Assembly: GCA_965637545.1 (NCBI GenBank)
Contig: OZ281501.1
Span: 8,990,001 to 9,054,000, forward strand
Direction: 5' to 3'
DNA: 64,000 nt
Origin: Phallusia mammillata
Taxonomy: Eukaryota
Shown: piece by piece, positions 33,134 to 45,280 of the stretch
Position numbering within the stretch: the stretch's first letter is position 1
Layout: every line of letters starts with the position of its first letter
The notes under the pieces: model-generated
Seen by the model: only the letters and a program-made list of their open reading frames with translations
Databases searched by the model: none
Told to the model about the DNA's origin: nothing
Made by a program: the position numbers and the translations under genes

Positions 33134-36100
33134 CTAAAATGATTCGGTTGAAAATTTAAGTGACGTGAGTCTTTGAGATGATTGCTTATTCGCAACTTCC
33201 GCTCTTCGGCGTTGTCGTTTTCGGATTATAACAGCAGCGATGACCCCCAGCATGACCAGGACCAGCCCACAAAACAAACCAAGGGCAACCAGCGTGAAAT
33301 CAACTAAAAAATAATTTATTATAAATGAACGTTTTATTTAAACAAAAGAAAACTCTTTCCCAAAACTTGAGTTCTGTGCAATTGATATAATTGACAAAAA
33401 TACTGCACTGTTCTGGGACAATTTAGCTCAAAATAACATGTGAACTTGAAAATAAAGAATATCGTGAGAAATTTTACAAAATGAAAACAACCCTGCTGTT
33501 CATGGTTTATTGACAAACGCATTTGCTTCTTATGTTGTTTTACACTTCCACAAAATAATCATGACCAAATTTGACCTTTTCCTACTTTTACGTTATCATA
33601 CTCATACCGTTTTGTTCGTCTCTTGATGCCTCTGTATCTGACGGAATATCTTCAAAATAAACTTGAATAGGTCCTTGCGTCACTATATGACCAGGGTTGG
33701 GCACGTATCGTGAATCATAAACTCCTTCGTGCGTCGGTATGTCTCTTTTTCTTCTAAAATCAACTTGACCCTTGCAGTTGACCTTAGTATAAGAAAGTTA
33801 TAAGCAACTTAAAAGGGTACAAAATAGAATCTTATTCCATATTACGCTTTTTATCATAATAAATATTTTTTTGCGTTTAATGTTTTACGCATTCCACAAA
33901 GCAAATTATAAGTGGCAATTAACTTAACGAGCGATGAACTCCTTAAAGGTGTTGTTTATCATCATCCGCACTTAATGTAGTTAAACCGGTCAGTTACGCA
34001 AAGAAAGTAAATGATGAAAATAAAAGGTGAACCACGACCGCTTGCGAAGCCCCTGGGCAATAAAGTTTACCACGTAAAAGTTGGATCTGACATTAAACAA
34101 GCCTGTGATAAAACGGGAAGCTAGCAAGCGATTCGTTCAGCATACGCACCTTATCAGACCTAGATAAAACGCTGTCGCAGTCTAAAAGCTACGCACAAAT
34201 ATACCCACAAATAATAGGGTGGTACAAAACAGTTGCGAAAAAATGATGAACTGTAGTTGTAAGCAAATTATCACTCCCGGTTGTAAAAAAATAAAGTATG
34301 CGCTATCACCCACCCCATCGCCAGTACAAATTTCTTTTGTCTTGTTACAAATGTCGACTTCGCAATGAAGATATACGTCATCAGCACTCCAGCGCCATTT
34401 AAACATCTGGAATTTAAACTGACTTTCCGTTGATTCGCCATTGTAACGAATTTGGACGGTGGTGTCATTCGGAGTGGCACACCTGTGAATAATTCACAAA
34501 GTTTGTGCTTTATAAAAAGTTACGTTGGTATTTACCGGTTACTGTAAACGTACAAACCTGTCGACAATGAGCAAGTGTTTTGTGGAGATAGGATCTGCCG
34601 GATCGCTGGACTGCGAAGCGAAGCACCGATCCATTGTTACAACCAGACTTGAATCTTTGGCAAAGGCGAGTTCAACCTAAAAACAGAAGCAAAACATTAC
34701 AAGGCTAAAAGATATAGAAGCCTTATGCAATACGAAAATGATTATGTACAAACGAAAGCCCTGATTTGGTAGACTGAAGCTACGAAATGATTCCTCTGTT
34801 AACACAATCGTTCGTTATTCGGTAATAAAAATGTTTGAACGTAAGGGAAAATATATTTGCATAGTTGCGATTACTCGCACACCTGCACATAAACGTATGT
34901 TCCAATTGCAATAGTTGGTGCCTGGGTATATTCGTGATCTGCAGTGTAACTATTGTCATCAAATAGTCTCATTCGCACTTCAAACTTGCCCTGTTCTGTT
35001 GCAAACTTGAGAACACTGTAAAAAATATGTTCAGGAAAATTACTGGATAATTTGTGAGGAGTTTTTGAAAGCACAACAATAAAAATAGTTTTAGCTGAAA
35101 GAACTGTTATAAAAGGCAACGGTAAGGTTAATAAATCTCCTTTTTGATGCGGTGGACAAAAGTTTATGAAAATCCGAATCCATTTTATCCACCCAATGGT
35201 TTTACTTGTGTAGAGAAATCAAGCATATGTCGGTAAAAATTCTATTACCCTGGCAAACCCGTTTTGCACCACATTTCTTAATAGCTACAATTAACATTCC
35301 GACAATGCGTCTTTCCCAATGAGCCTGTGCAAAAAAGGACATCTCGTGTCTGCCACTTACGCAAAACACAAGATCCGGACTAATTTAGGACCACACGTGA
35401 GGGGAAAAGCGTTTATAGAAAACGACATGTATTTGTACGCGAAATTATTTAATCAGGTTGGCTGTCTGAAGTTCACTCGGAAACGAATTTTGAAATATCG
35501 TAGAAACGAAGACGTAAAAATAAACTTTTTTGTCAATATATTGCATCATGTTTTCCATAACCAAGCATTACCAATTCAACTGCATTACTATTTTTGCTTT
35601 GGGTCAAAGTCATTAGCCCGCTTAACGATCACACACTGACACACACACACACACACAAAATATATATATATTTCTATATATATGTTTGAAATTTTTTGTC
35701 ACATCTGTAATGTAAAAAATACATTTGGTTAGTTTAAAATTACGGAGGGGTTAAAACAATTTCCAAATCACTATATGTCGTCTACGGCAGGAGTGTCAAA
35801 CTCAAATAACTTTGAGGGCCAAAAACAAACTTTTACGTAAGTCGAGGGCCGCACTATTGAAACATTTGTTGCAGTGTAACATGGCACAACAAAAATGTAT
35901 GATTCGAAAAGTAAAATGTTTGTTAATGACATTAACTACAATAAACAATATTGAAACAAATAACAAACAGATATACAGTGTAGCAGAGTGAAAGAACCAA
36001 CTGTGCTTTATTCCAATGTGTGAAAACAATGGCGTACAATCGCAATTGCTGATTCTAAAGATGAGCTATTTCCTCCTATTAAAACAATGTATATACTACT

Positions 36101-39100
36101 AAAAGTCAATGATTGTAACACTGTATGCGGATCTGTTCATAAGTTTAATGGTGAAAATAACGGCCCAAATAGACGTAAAAAGCGACATGCTTTATTGTTC
36201 AAACGTTTCGGCAAATGCTCATGTCATCATCAGTGATTGTATAATGTAAACTTACTGGTCTGACAGGGTATTCCACCTGAGTAAAGCACATAACTTCTAA
36301 AAGTTACTTCGCGGGCCGCACAAAAACACCCCTGGTCTACGCAACCTGAGTTATAAGTCGGGTCTGGGTTTAAGTTTGAACAAAACGGGCTTGATTCAGA
36401 TCTATATTCAGATTCGGCAACATTTGTGTCGTAATTTTACCGTTACAAATAAATTAAATTTCGGTTCCAGTTCGGGCTTTATTTAAAAGAAACGGATTCA
36501 GATCTGGCTTAGACTTTTACTTCTGAACTCGGGGCCGACTTTCCGGTCCGCTTACAACTCTACGCAACACCTTTTTTACCACAAATAAAAACGACGATTT
36601 CAAAACTCATCATCTTAAAGGTGATTAGTAGGGCAAGTTTTTGCAACTTTTGCAACTTTTTTTACAGCTTCCGGCAGCTTCCTAAATACTCAGAATTTAT
36701 GTAGTATGATGTTATAAGCTGTTTGTAGGAATTTTATGTTGCAACTTTTTGCAACTTTTTTCTATTTTTCGTGCAACTTTTGACTGCAACTTTTATCAAG
36801 TATTGCGCAAAATGTAAAGGAGTGATTTAAAAAACATGCTATAAAACTATTTTTAGTATGGTTCTATTCTCTTTGATTTGCATAACAAAGAGCTATGTGA
36901 TGGATTAGTTGCATCTCAATGTCATCTATGACGCAACAGTTGGCTTGCAAGCTAGAAGTTCAACAACCCCAGCCAAGCATAAAGTTTTATGTAAAAGTGC
37001 ATTCGTTATTTTGCAAGTAAGAAGCGATAACCTTGATATCTGTTAAGATGACAGTCTAAGGAAGGGATTGTCCAACCTGCGGCCCGCTAGTCATTTTAAC
37101 TCCAAGAAGTATGCATAAATGCAACTTGTGCATAAATGCAACTTTTTACTGCAACTTTTGTTGAAATTAAGTGCAACTTTCTCACGTTTTTAGTGCAACA
37201 AAAACTTGCCCTAGTGATTAGGTTAGTATCACCAGACAGCCTATATTTTAGTAAGCCGACACTTTGATTCTTATTTGTTTTGATTATTTTATGATGTACG
37301 GCTTTTTGACATCAGCGTTGAGGCCGCTTCGATGCATTGATAATTGTAATTATTTATCAAGTGTTATGCATCCAATTATAGACCATTGGTTGATTTGGTC
37401 ACATCTTGTTACATGTGTATTGAAGACAGAGAGCGTTTGTTTAAAGCAGGGGTCACCAACATTTTTAATGCCGAGGGCTACCTTAATATCACCAAACAGT
37501 TTGAGGGCTACCAGTTAAAAACATATTTACAAAATTATAAAGCATACACAAAAACTAACAAGTATTTGTAAACAAGTGCCTATATTTTAAGATTTGTAGC
37601 GCGTATAATCATTGGCCTGCTCACAAAACCAGGGTTTTATGTGATTCCTATGATACAACATTTTTCCGTTTACTAATAAAAGTCAGTTGTCATGATAGTT
37701 GCCCAACTTTGTAGTAAGTGGCTGTGGTTAGAAGTTTAGATTCTAAACTAAACTTTAGAACATTAAATAAATGTGTTGCATACCTTTCAACAGAATCAAC
37801 ATAAGACGCAGCGTGTTTTTGCAAATCACAAAAGCATCTTGCAATTTTGGAACTAGTCCAACGGGCGACAGGGTGCCCGCGGGCATAGGGTTGGTGACCC
37901 CTGGTTTAAAGTTTAAACCAGGGGTGTCCAACCCGTGGCCCGCGGGTCACATGTGGCCCGCCGGAAGGTTCTGAGTGGCCCGCGTAGTATTTTTTAAAAT
38001 GACTCATATTGGCAACTTAATCGCCTACGTAATTTATGGCGAACTCTCATTCTGAAAAATTGGCATTTATTGCAACTGTTCAAGTTACTTTTATTGTGCC
38101 ACAATGCGCATTGTTAAGCATCACAATTTTCTTTGTTACGTCACAATCTGACTCGTGCTTCAAGAGTCAGTCAGTAATGTTTCTTGGTTCATTGAGATAC
38201 ATCTGGTATCAAAGACTCGCGCAAAACTCATTTAGCAGTAAAACATCTTCCGCACTCTGCAGTGATATAGATTATGCCAAACAGGAAACAAAAAGCAAGT
38301 AACGCTAACAGAACTTTCCAAGAAAGGTTGACATATGACTTTAAATCCCCTGCGAGATCAGTAATTTCTGACAGCCATATGGAAAAAAATCGCTTCGCAT
38401 TGCTCCATCGTCCATCTCACCGAATATTGACAAACTTGTTAGAGAAAAACAGTGCCAAACTTCACATTGAAATGTCGACGTGTGGAAAAAACTTCGTTGA
38501 CTTTACTATATATTGTTCTTATAACTGTAAAGGATAACACACATTTCTAAGATTAGAATTTCGGTGTGAGGATTTTAATTAGAAATTATAAGACAGCTAT
38601 TTTCAAGATTCCAAACTAGCAATTAGCCAGTAACACATAAGTGGCCCGCGCAATCATTCGTAAACCGCATGTGGCCCTTTGGCCAAAAAGGTTGGACACC
38701 CCTGGTTTAAACGGTAATTGAAAAAAACTTCCAAAACAGCTTTGTAAAACTGGCAAGATTAAAAAGTTGTAGACAGTTGTAAGTTCATCCATTTAAAACA
38801 ATTCGAAACAATTGTTGCAAAAAATGTTTCAAAATGGCTGCAGAAGATGCAAAAGTTTACGGCAAAGGTTACAAACCGATTTTAGAAAAAAGGGAGAAAA
38901 ATGTCAAAGCACAATCAGGAGGTGCCGACGGCAAATTGTTAGATCTTATCTTGTCCAACGCAGGATGCTATCAGTGAACTAAATTTGTGCGACCAAACGG
39001 ATGGACAAGAGCGCGAAACATAAATGCAAAAGCACCAACTTATTTCCCCAGCGACACTACAGCAGCCAGGTATAGAAAAGCTGATGATTATTGCGATTAT

Positions 39101-40664
39101 TCTGCTGACCTATACCAAGCAATGTATCTATACACTATTCTTTTTCCGCAACGAAGATTGGGTTAGCAGGGGTTGGGGCTTGCTTGAAACCGGTTTTACA
39201 GCTTTTGCTGTCACCAGTTTTTGCGCCACTGCTTTCTAGATGCTTTACAGTGCCCTACAGCGTAGGTGTTCCCTTAGTTTAAGGGCGACATTGAAAGTCA
39301 ATTGCGTAAATTACGACTAATGTCAAAGAGAAAGCCAAAGCATCTGTAAATGAGCTATAAAGTGGCCCAAATTACCACCAGTTGTTTATTTATTATTTGT
39401 CATGAGTTGTACCTCGAGAAAAATGTAAACGACGCCACTTACTTTAATGTGGGCAAAATAGGCGGACCAGATACGGTGTACGTGTCCTCGTAAATGCATT
39501 TAAAATCCAGTAGGACAAGTTCGCGGTCTATCAGGTTCTGCTGGTTATGGACTTCGCTATTCCACACAACCGTGTTGCTGAATGTGTAATCATCGCCGGG
39601 CCTTCTTTGCTGTAATCAACATAATCTCGCTTAAGCCGTTTGTATAAAGTCAAGTCAGTTTTGTGTAACGATAAATCTGTGCCAGCACACGTTTTTCCAT
39701 ATGTGGCCTTTTGATAAACAATTGATTTTAGAAGGCTAGCTAAGACATCGTTTCGCAAGTTCAATATTACCAATACACACTTTCACGAATAGTATCAATT
39801 TTATACAAATCGATAGGTATGAACAGGGTTTTTTTAAGGTTTGGTTTGGGTCACCGCTAAGTAGTTTTAAGAGACCGCAAGTGTTTCATTTAAATACCAA
39901 AAAATAGCCATTTCCAAATTTTGGGAAACCGCTGGAGAAATTTGGGGGACCGTTTTGGTCCCCTAAAACACCTTAAAAAAACACTGGGTATGAAATCGAA
40001 AGACACAATTTGATTCCATAGAAGGACAAAAAAGTGTTTGACTAAAAACGGTACAAGAACACAATTCGTCACGGTCTATCACACATACCGTTACTTGTGT
40101 TCCGCAGTTTGAAAAGGGAGCTCGTATCATGAGTTTGTATAGATTTCCATTTTCGATCGCGCGACATTGCTTGTTTGCCGACGACTTTCCGAAATACACG
40201 TATTGCACATCGTCGTCAATCTCTAGTTCCTGAACTAAGCCTTTGTCGATGACCACGTCGATTTGGTCGTCACCGCATTGGACAGTCGGTTCGGCTGCAA
40301 ACCCGATTAAAGTCTTAAATTACAGAAGGGTAACAATAATAATGGAGCACGTTGTCTACTTACGATGGTTGCATTCCTGTCCCGCCCAACCGTCGTCGCA
40401 TTCACACCAGTAACCTCGGCTATAGGCCGAATTCGGAACGCAAGTGCCTTTATTGTTACACGTTACACCAGAGCATGCATCATTTTGCGCTGTAATAAAT
40501 GTCAAGGTAAACAACATGGTCATGTAACCTCTAATCAACTATTTTATAGCGTCGTAAACGCTCGGCGTTATTTGTGTTTATGTTAACGGTCATTTCTTAC
40601 CGTGTCCCATTTTTAGGCAGCTCACCAATAATAGAGAATATAAACAAACATGTCGAAATATCAT
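33134..40664 (-). CDS. Signal peptide-EGF-ZP domain type I membrane protein (uromodulin/GP2-like architecture), 9 coding exons, 442 aa
   Basis: Exons 40664-40601, 40489-40364, 40294-40089, 39609-39443, 35015-34883, 34676-34558, 34482-34314, 33782-33608 and 33303-33134 sum to 1329 nt in frame. Features: MIFRHVCLYSLLLVSCLKMGHA signal; EGF CSGVTCNNKGTC..YWCECDDGWAGQEC; four ZP-N cysteines; ZP-C FKFQMFKW..VYLHCEVDIC; furin site RRKR; EHP-like IVTQGPIQV; TM LVALGLFCGLVLVMLGVIAAVII; basic tail RKRQRRR. Confidence 0.92.
35788..36334. mobile_element. hAT MITE in the large ZP intron
   Basis: Ends CAGGAGTGTCAAAC ... ACACCCCTG; flanks GTCTACGG / GTCTACGC (7/8 TSD). Confidence 0.75.
36347..36561. mobile_element. 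Small MITE-like element abutting the previous MITE
   Basis: Imperfect inverted termini GAGTTATAAGTCGG ... CCGCTTACAACTC(TA); CGCAAC occurs on both flanks. The left terminus is degenerate. Confidence 0.5.
36629..37213. mobile_element. hAT MITE with internal TTGCAACTTT repeats
   Basis: TIR TAGGGCAAGTTTTTG ... AAAAACTTGCCCTA; perfect 8-bp TSD GTGATTAG (36621-36628 and 37214-37221). Confidence 0.88.
37447..37903. mobile_element. hAT (Buster-like) MITE
   Basis: TIR CAGGGGTCACCAAC ... GTTGGTGACCCCTG; perfect TSD GTTTAAAG (37439-37446 and 37904-37911). Confidence 0.9.
37919..38704. mobile_element. hAT (Buster-like) MITE
   Basis: TIR CAGGGGTGTCCAACC ... GGTTGGACACCCCTG; perfect TSD GTTTAAAC (37911-37918 and 38705-38712). 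Confidence 0.9.
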
Positions 40665-41825
40665 TCTGCAAATAAAAAATAGAGAACTGTTTAAAAAATA
40701 TAGTCATTACACATTTCATAATAAATCAACAAACGAATGCTGACAAATAGTGATTCGCAACCGTAAGGTTATTTATGACCAAGAAAACTAACATTGTTAC
40801 CTTATAAATAGAGAGTAATAGAAGATGTGCGAAGCGAGAAACCTCGCTTATTGCAGGACGTTTTCTGCTTTGCCTAAAATAACAACCCGAATATGTGAAT
40901 ATAGAACTTCAAAAAAGTTTAATGAAGCGTAATAAAACACTTACCAAAGATGAGTTGTGATTTTTTTAACGCTACTAAAAATAAGGTCGATTTCTTCTTA
41001 CAACAGTGTCCGAACTGATGTGGTCCGTACTTCATTATCTGCAATGTTTACTTTCAGTGAACAGAATTTCCATCAGAAATTTAAAGCGGTGCCTAACTCC
41101 ATATGGTACTTTGTAGAGAAACTGAAACCAAGCGAGAAATATTAAAACATATCAAAGACTGCATCTGCTGTTCCTTTGTCACCCTTACGCAATGTTCATA
41201 ATATATAAGTCTGTTGTCGCGTTGTCTGTACCTTGTTTTGTGAGAGCTAAAGGTCAACCCCTACAACCCTGTTTGGCGAAGTATCTTGCCCTTTTTTGTC
41301 CGGTTTATCACCAAACACCATGACAGTGAAAAGCGAATGCAGCATTAACACAACGCTAATGAACTTCGATATTAACTACCACCAATAACCTGACTTCTAT
41401 TCACGTAAGACACACTCAATGCCATTAAAGCACAGATGAATATTTGAAGGTTGCCATCTAATCCTTTACTATGTCTGCGCCACAATGCCAGGTCCACGTA
41501 CAGTACAATACCGAGCGGTTTCTCGTGCCTGGAGGCAAAGAAAAACATTTCGTCGTGGGTTTCACTGCGCGTAATGAATGAACCGTAAGCCGTCTCTTAG
41601 TAGAACAGAAATTCTATTTCAACAATAATCACATGTAATTAACCCGTAAGGGTCCCATGACGTCACAATAATATCTTCAATCTTCACGACGGGTGACTCA
41701 AAGGGACTTTTTAAAGCTCAGTGTGAGAGTTTTAAATACATTTAAAATAGTTACTTCACTACACACATGGGTTAATATTCATGATTATGCCCTGGTTCTC
41801 CTTTTGAATTGTTAACCATCAAGCC

Positions 41826-42242
41826 ATGAGATATGCGTCAAACCAAGGTGTCATTGATCATGCAGGTTACGTAGGGACGCTACAAACAATCGTAAACAGT
41901 AACGGTTGCTGTAGCAACGGAAAATACACAATGGGCAGCGTCGAATACGACACTCGATACGTGAAATGGTGGGCAGACCATAGGACGTTAGGAGTAGGAA
42001 TTCAGAACGACAACAGCCAGCTTTGTGTTGCCTTAGAAACAGGGAACTTTACACCCAACAAAGTGTATCGAATGCTCACTGGCGTCCAGTTCAAAACAAA
42101 AGCCGTTGCTCTTCGAACGACTAGGACTCTCATTCCACAGTTGTGTTTCGAAGGGAAGTGTCACTCAGGTCGTAGCGATATAAGAAAAATATTGAAGTTT
42201 AAGGACATGTGTAACCATTTATGCTGTGTTTTTAGCTTTTAA
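41826..42242 (+). CDS. Unassigned 138-aa ORF
   Basis: ATG in GCCATGA context just after an in-frame stop. Higher GC and a protein-like composition for about 115 codons (..VEYDTRYVKWWADHRTLGVGIQND..LTGVQFKTK..). No family recognised. Confidence 0.3.
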   Translation: MRYASNQGVIDHAGYVGTLQTIVNSNGCCSNGKYTMGSVEYDTRYVKWWADHRTLGVGIQNDNSQLCVALETGNFTPNKVYRMLTGVQFKTKAVALRTTRTLIPQLCFEGKCHSGRSDIRKILKFKDMCNHLCCVFSF

Positions 42243-42288
42243 AAAGTAAAAAAAGTGTTTGTCCTAATAGTATCAGCATTTCAGCATT

Positions 42289-43522
42289 ATGGGTGAATGG
42301 TCAAATGGTCTTTTCGGTTGCTTTGGCAACATGGGCATCTGTATCCGAACTTACTTTTGCCCTTGCGTCGTTCACGGTAAGGTTTATTTTTCTTAAATAA
42401 GCACAAAATTGAAAACTAGTTGGCTTCCGATTATAGAGACAAAATTTTTTTGTCTTTACAATATAAAAAGTTATTATGACCTACCAAGTTAGGTGTCGGC
42501 AATGCGATTTTCATGACAAGCCAAGTGATTTTCATCGGCAAGGGCAATTTGATAGAATTAAAAGTATTGCATCCCTTGTTTTTAGTTTGTTATGACTTAA
42601 AGTGTTTAAAAACTTCTGAATACTTATCCGTATGCTTTCTGCTCACTATCAAATTTTGGCACGCTAGGTCATTATAATTTTGACACCACAAGTAAATTGG
42701 CACGCAACATTTCAAAGGTTGTCGACCACTGGATTGGATATGTGTTGACAGACACATCTTATACAATTTAATATCACGACATGTAAACTTTTGACACAAA
42801 TGTAATCAAGTCGCCATGATCCGTAAACACTTTAGTTCGTCATTTGACTAAACAATTGTTCTTTTTGCAAAATATTCAGGTCACAATGCTGAAAAAGTGG
42901 AATTGGGAACATGCATGAAATGTGGTTTGGTGTCCTTGACTCCCTGTGGTCTTTACTTCATGGCAAAGACAAGAGAAGCAGTTCGTGAAAAGAAAGGCAT
43001 AGAGGTTTGTTTGTGCCCTTCCACATTCTTCGTTTGGTTAATTGCCTTACTGAGTAGGAAGAGTCTGGGTAACTGCGACAGTAAACTAGAAAACAAATTA
43101 TAACTTATATACCACACTCTCGTTGGGACAAGGTCGTTTAAATTAATCTGTTTCAGCTTTAACTTTGAGCAACTACAGGGCTCTTGCGCAACCTTTATTG
43201 TATTTAGCCGTGAAAGAATCTAATTAAACATAATGTCACAGCACCACCATGCGGCTATTTTTTTCAATCCAAATGACTGATAAAAGCAGGGTCGCCGTCA
43301 AACTGTTGATTTTCAACGTATTATTTTATGTTCAGGGAGATTTCATCAATGATTGCCTGATTTCCTGGGTTTGCGGTCTATGTTCCTTGGTGCAAGTAGC
43401 CCGGGTAAGCAAACATACATTTTCAGACAAAAAATGCACAACACACAAACTTAATATTTGACTTCGTTTAGGAATTGGACGATGAGCCTTCCTCATCTGG
43501 ACAAGCAATGGCCCGAGTGTAA
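42289..43522 (+). CDS. PLAC8/cornifelin-family protein, paralog 1 (4 exons, 110 aa)
   Basis: Exons 42289-42376, 42880-43004, 43336-43404 and 43472-43522 sum to 333 nt: MGEWSNGLFGCFGNMGICIRTYFCPCVVHGHNAE..AKTREAVREKKGIEGDFINDCLISWVCGLCSLVQVARELD..*. This matches the PLAC8 pattern W..GLFGCF..C..T..CPC..G.NAE..R.....GI.G....DC....C..C.L.Q..RE. Confidence 0.92.
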
Positions 43523-43869
43523 TGATTTAAATTTGTAAAATGTTTAGTTGTCACCAAATATTTTGGATTGGGCCCAAAAATAAATATCAAATAATTACTG
43601 TACGAAATGGATTGCTTCAAAACTTCAACACAATTTTATGTATTTCTTCCAAATCGTTATTATTGTATGTTTCATGATGAGTGCTATTATCATGTGTTAT
43701 CACTGTAGTAGTTTTTTTATTTTTCGATTGAACTGTGCATAGAGTGTGAATCTATTTTTGACATAAAACATAAAGCAGCAGTACTGGGTATGCGTTTTAA
43801 ACAACATAATTGGAAGGTCAGTACATGGTTTTCTCGTAAGACAGCAACAAGAGTGTTTGAAAAAGGCCA

Positions 43870-45140
43870 TGTGGATGATGGATAGAATAAAGTAATAGAA
43901 TTCAAGCATAGTGCTAATTGTACCTTTCAGTTTCTTGACTGGCAGAATAAGAGCGGTCAGTTTCACATGTAACTTATTGAACCAAAGAGTGATTAAAAAC
44001 GGTTTAAAGTCCGAAACCAAATAGAATAAAGAACATAATAGCTACAAAAAAATCCAAACAATCTTACTTACGGCACATGAAACTACGCACCATAACACAA
44101 CTTAAACTCACAACTAACGCAGATACCGCTGTAACACTAACTGGACTGCACGTGTAGAAACAAGGAACTGTGAAAGTGGGACACATACAAGGTGTTCAGT
44201 TATGTTGTTACTATGGATGTTACAAGGGGACTGTCCGTTAAATACTGTACCCTAAATAAAATGGTGAAAGAGTGGAAAACAAGTTTTTTTTTATACACAT
44301 CAAAAGACAGAAACGAAACACAACGAAGTTCCGCTGCTTTAAGTATGGACTGGCGAATATCGCGTATGTACAGCTTCCAAGCGGTGCGAAGGCGAAAAAA
44401 AACTTCTAACGGGTCCTTCGCTATCAGGGTACACCTCCTTGACAATACCTTTTTGCCAGGCACCCCGGGGGTTCATCTCGTCCACGACCAAAACCAGATC
44501 ACCAACTCCTTCTTAGTTGGTTGTTTCCATTTTTGGCGCATCTCAGGAATTGGTAAGTAGTCGTGAAGCCACCTTTTCCAAAATATATCTGCCAGCCGCT
44601 ACGATCTTCAATAGCTGGTGGCAGTCGGAACCGGTCTGGGGCAAGCGAACAATCCAATCTTTCTATCATTAACATGTTTGAAGGAAGTACTAGCAGATCC
44701 CAAACATAATGGCTTCTATCGGTCGGTATGACGAAATAATCGGGTGCTTCCTTTGCTCAATTAAATCTGACCTCTGTAGTGTTCCTCCAACGTAAATAAC
44801 ACTGTTAACAAAAAACTTTTGCAGTTCGACAAGCATGCAAGGTTGGAGGGAAATGCGTCTTGTGGTGCCAACTGTTGCAACTTGTCGTTTAAAGAATTTC
44901 CTTTTATACGATAGGAAGAGGTGCGTTCAAAAACAATTCGAAATCTACCGCCCGTCGGGTAGTGTGGGTGGTATGTAAACCATATTATTTTCTGTGATTG
45001 GAAGAGCTTTGTCATTAAGTTAAAGTCCAAGGTCACTTCAACCTTGATCTTGAAATTCGATACTGTATAACCATAGATACTACATACCCAAGATATAAAG
45101 CAAATTTCTATGTTTCTCTGTGAACCAATTAGATATTGAG
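43870..45140 (-). mobile_element. Decayed, internally deleted BEL/Pao LTR-retrotransposon pol remnant with a possible 3' LTR
   Basis: Minus-strand fragments: QQLAPQDAFPSNLACL and VIYVGGTLQRSDLIEQRKHPII (RNaseH-integrase linker), then IWKRWLHDYLP..RQKWK and VGDLVLVVDEMNPRGAWQKGIVKEVYPDSEGPVRS (BEL C-terminal DUF5641-type motif). Frameshifted. The LTR boundaries are tentative. Confidence 0.75.
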
Positions 45141-45141
45141 T

Positions 45142-45280
45142 TGTCACTATGCGCCGCTAGTGGTAGCGGTACACTTGTCGAGATTTTGCAGACAGCTTAG
45201 TGTAGCTTTAGTTAAATAAAGTTTGTTTCAGTCAAATTTTATGCTTATTGTATCGTGTAATGTAGTATAATACAGTGACA
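45142..45280. repeat. 139-bp TG...CA element with short inverted termini (possible solo LTR)
   Basis: Begins TGTCACT and ends AGTGACA, with an internal AATAAA. No matching TSD found. Confidence 0.3.

Noticed and set aside
35638-35685. (CA)n and (TA)n microsatellites (also near 30617 and 31865)
   Set aside because: Short, ordinary intronic simple repeats.
41240-41375. Minus-strand signal-peptide-like stretch SKFISVVLMLHSLFTVMVFGDKPDKK
   Set aside because: No in-frame start before an upstream stop, very short, and no linked exons identified.
41658-41665. TGACGTCA CRE-like sites (also at 32336, 48922, 60646 and 62395)
   Set aside because: The 8-mer occurs in introns and transposon debris as well, so there is no positional evidence for function.
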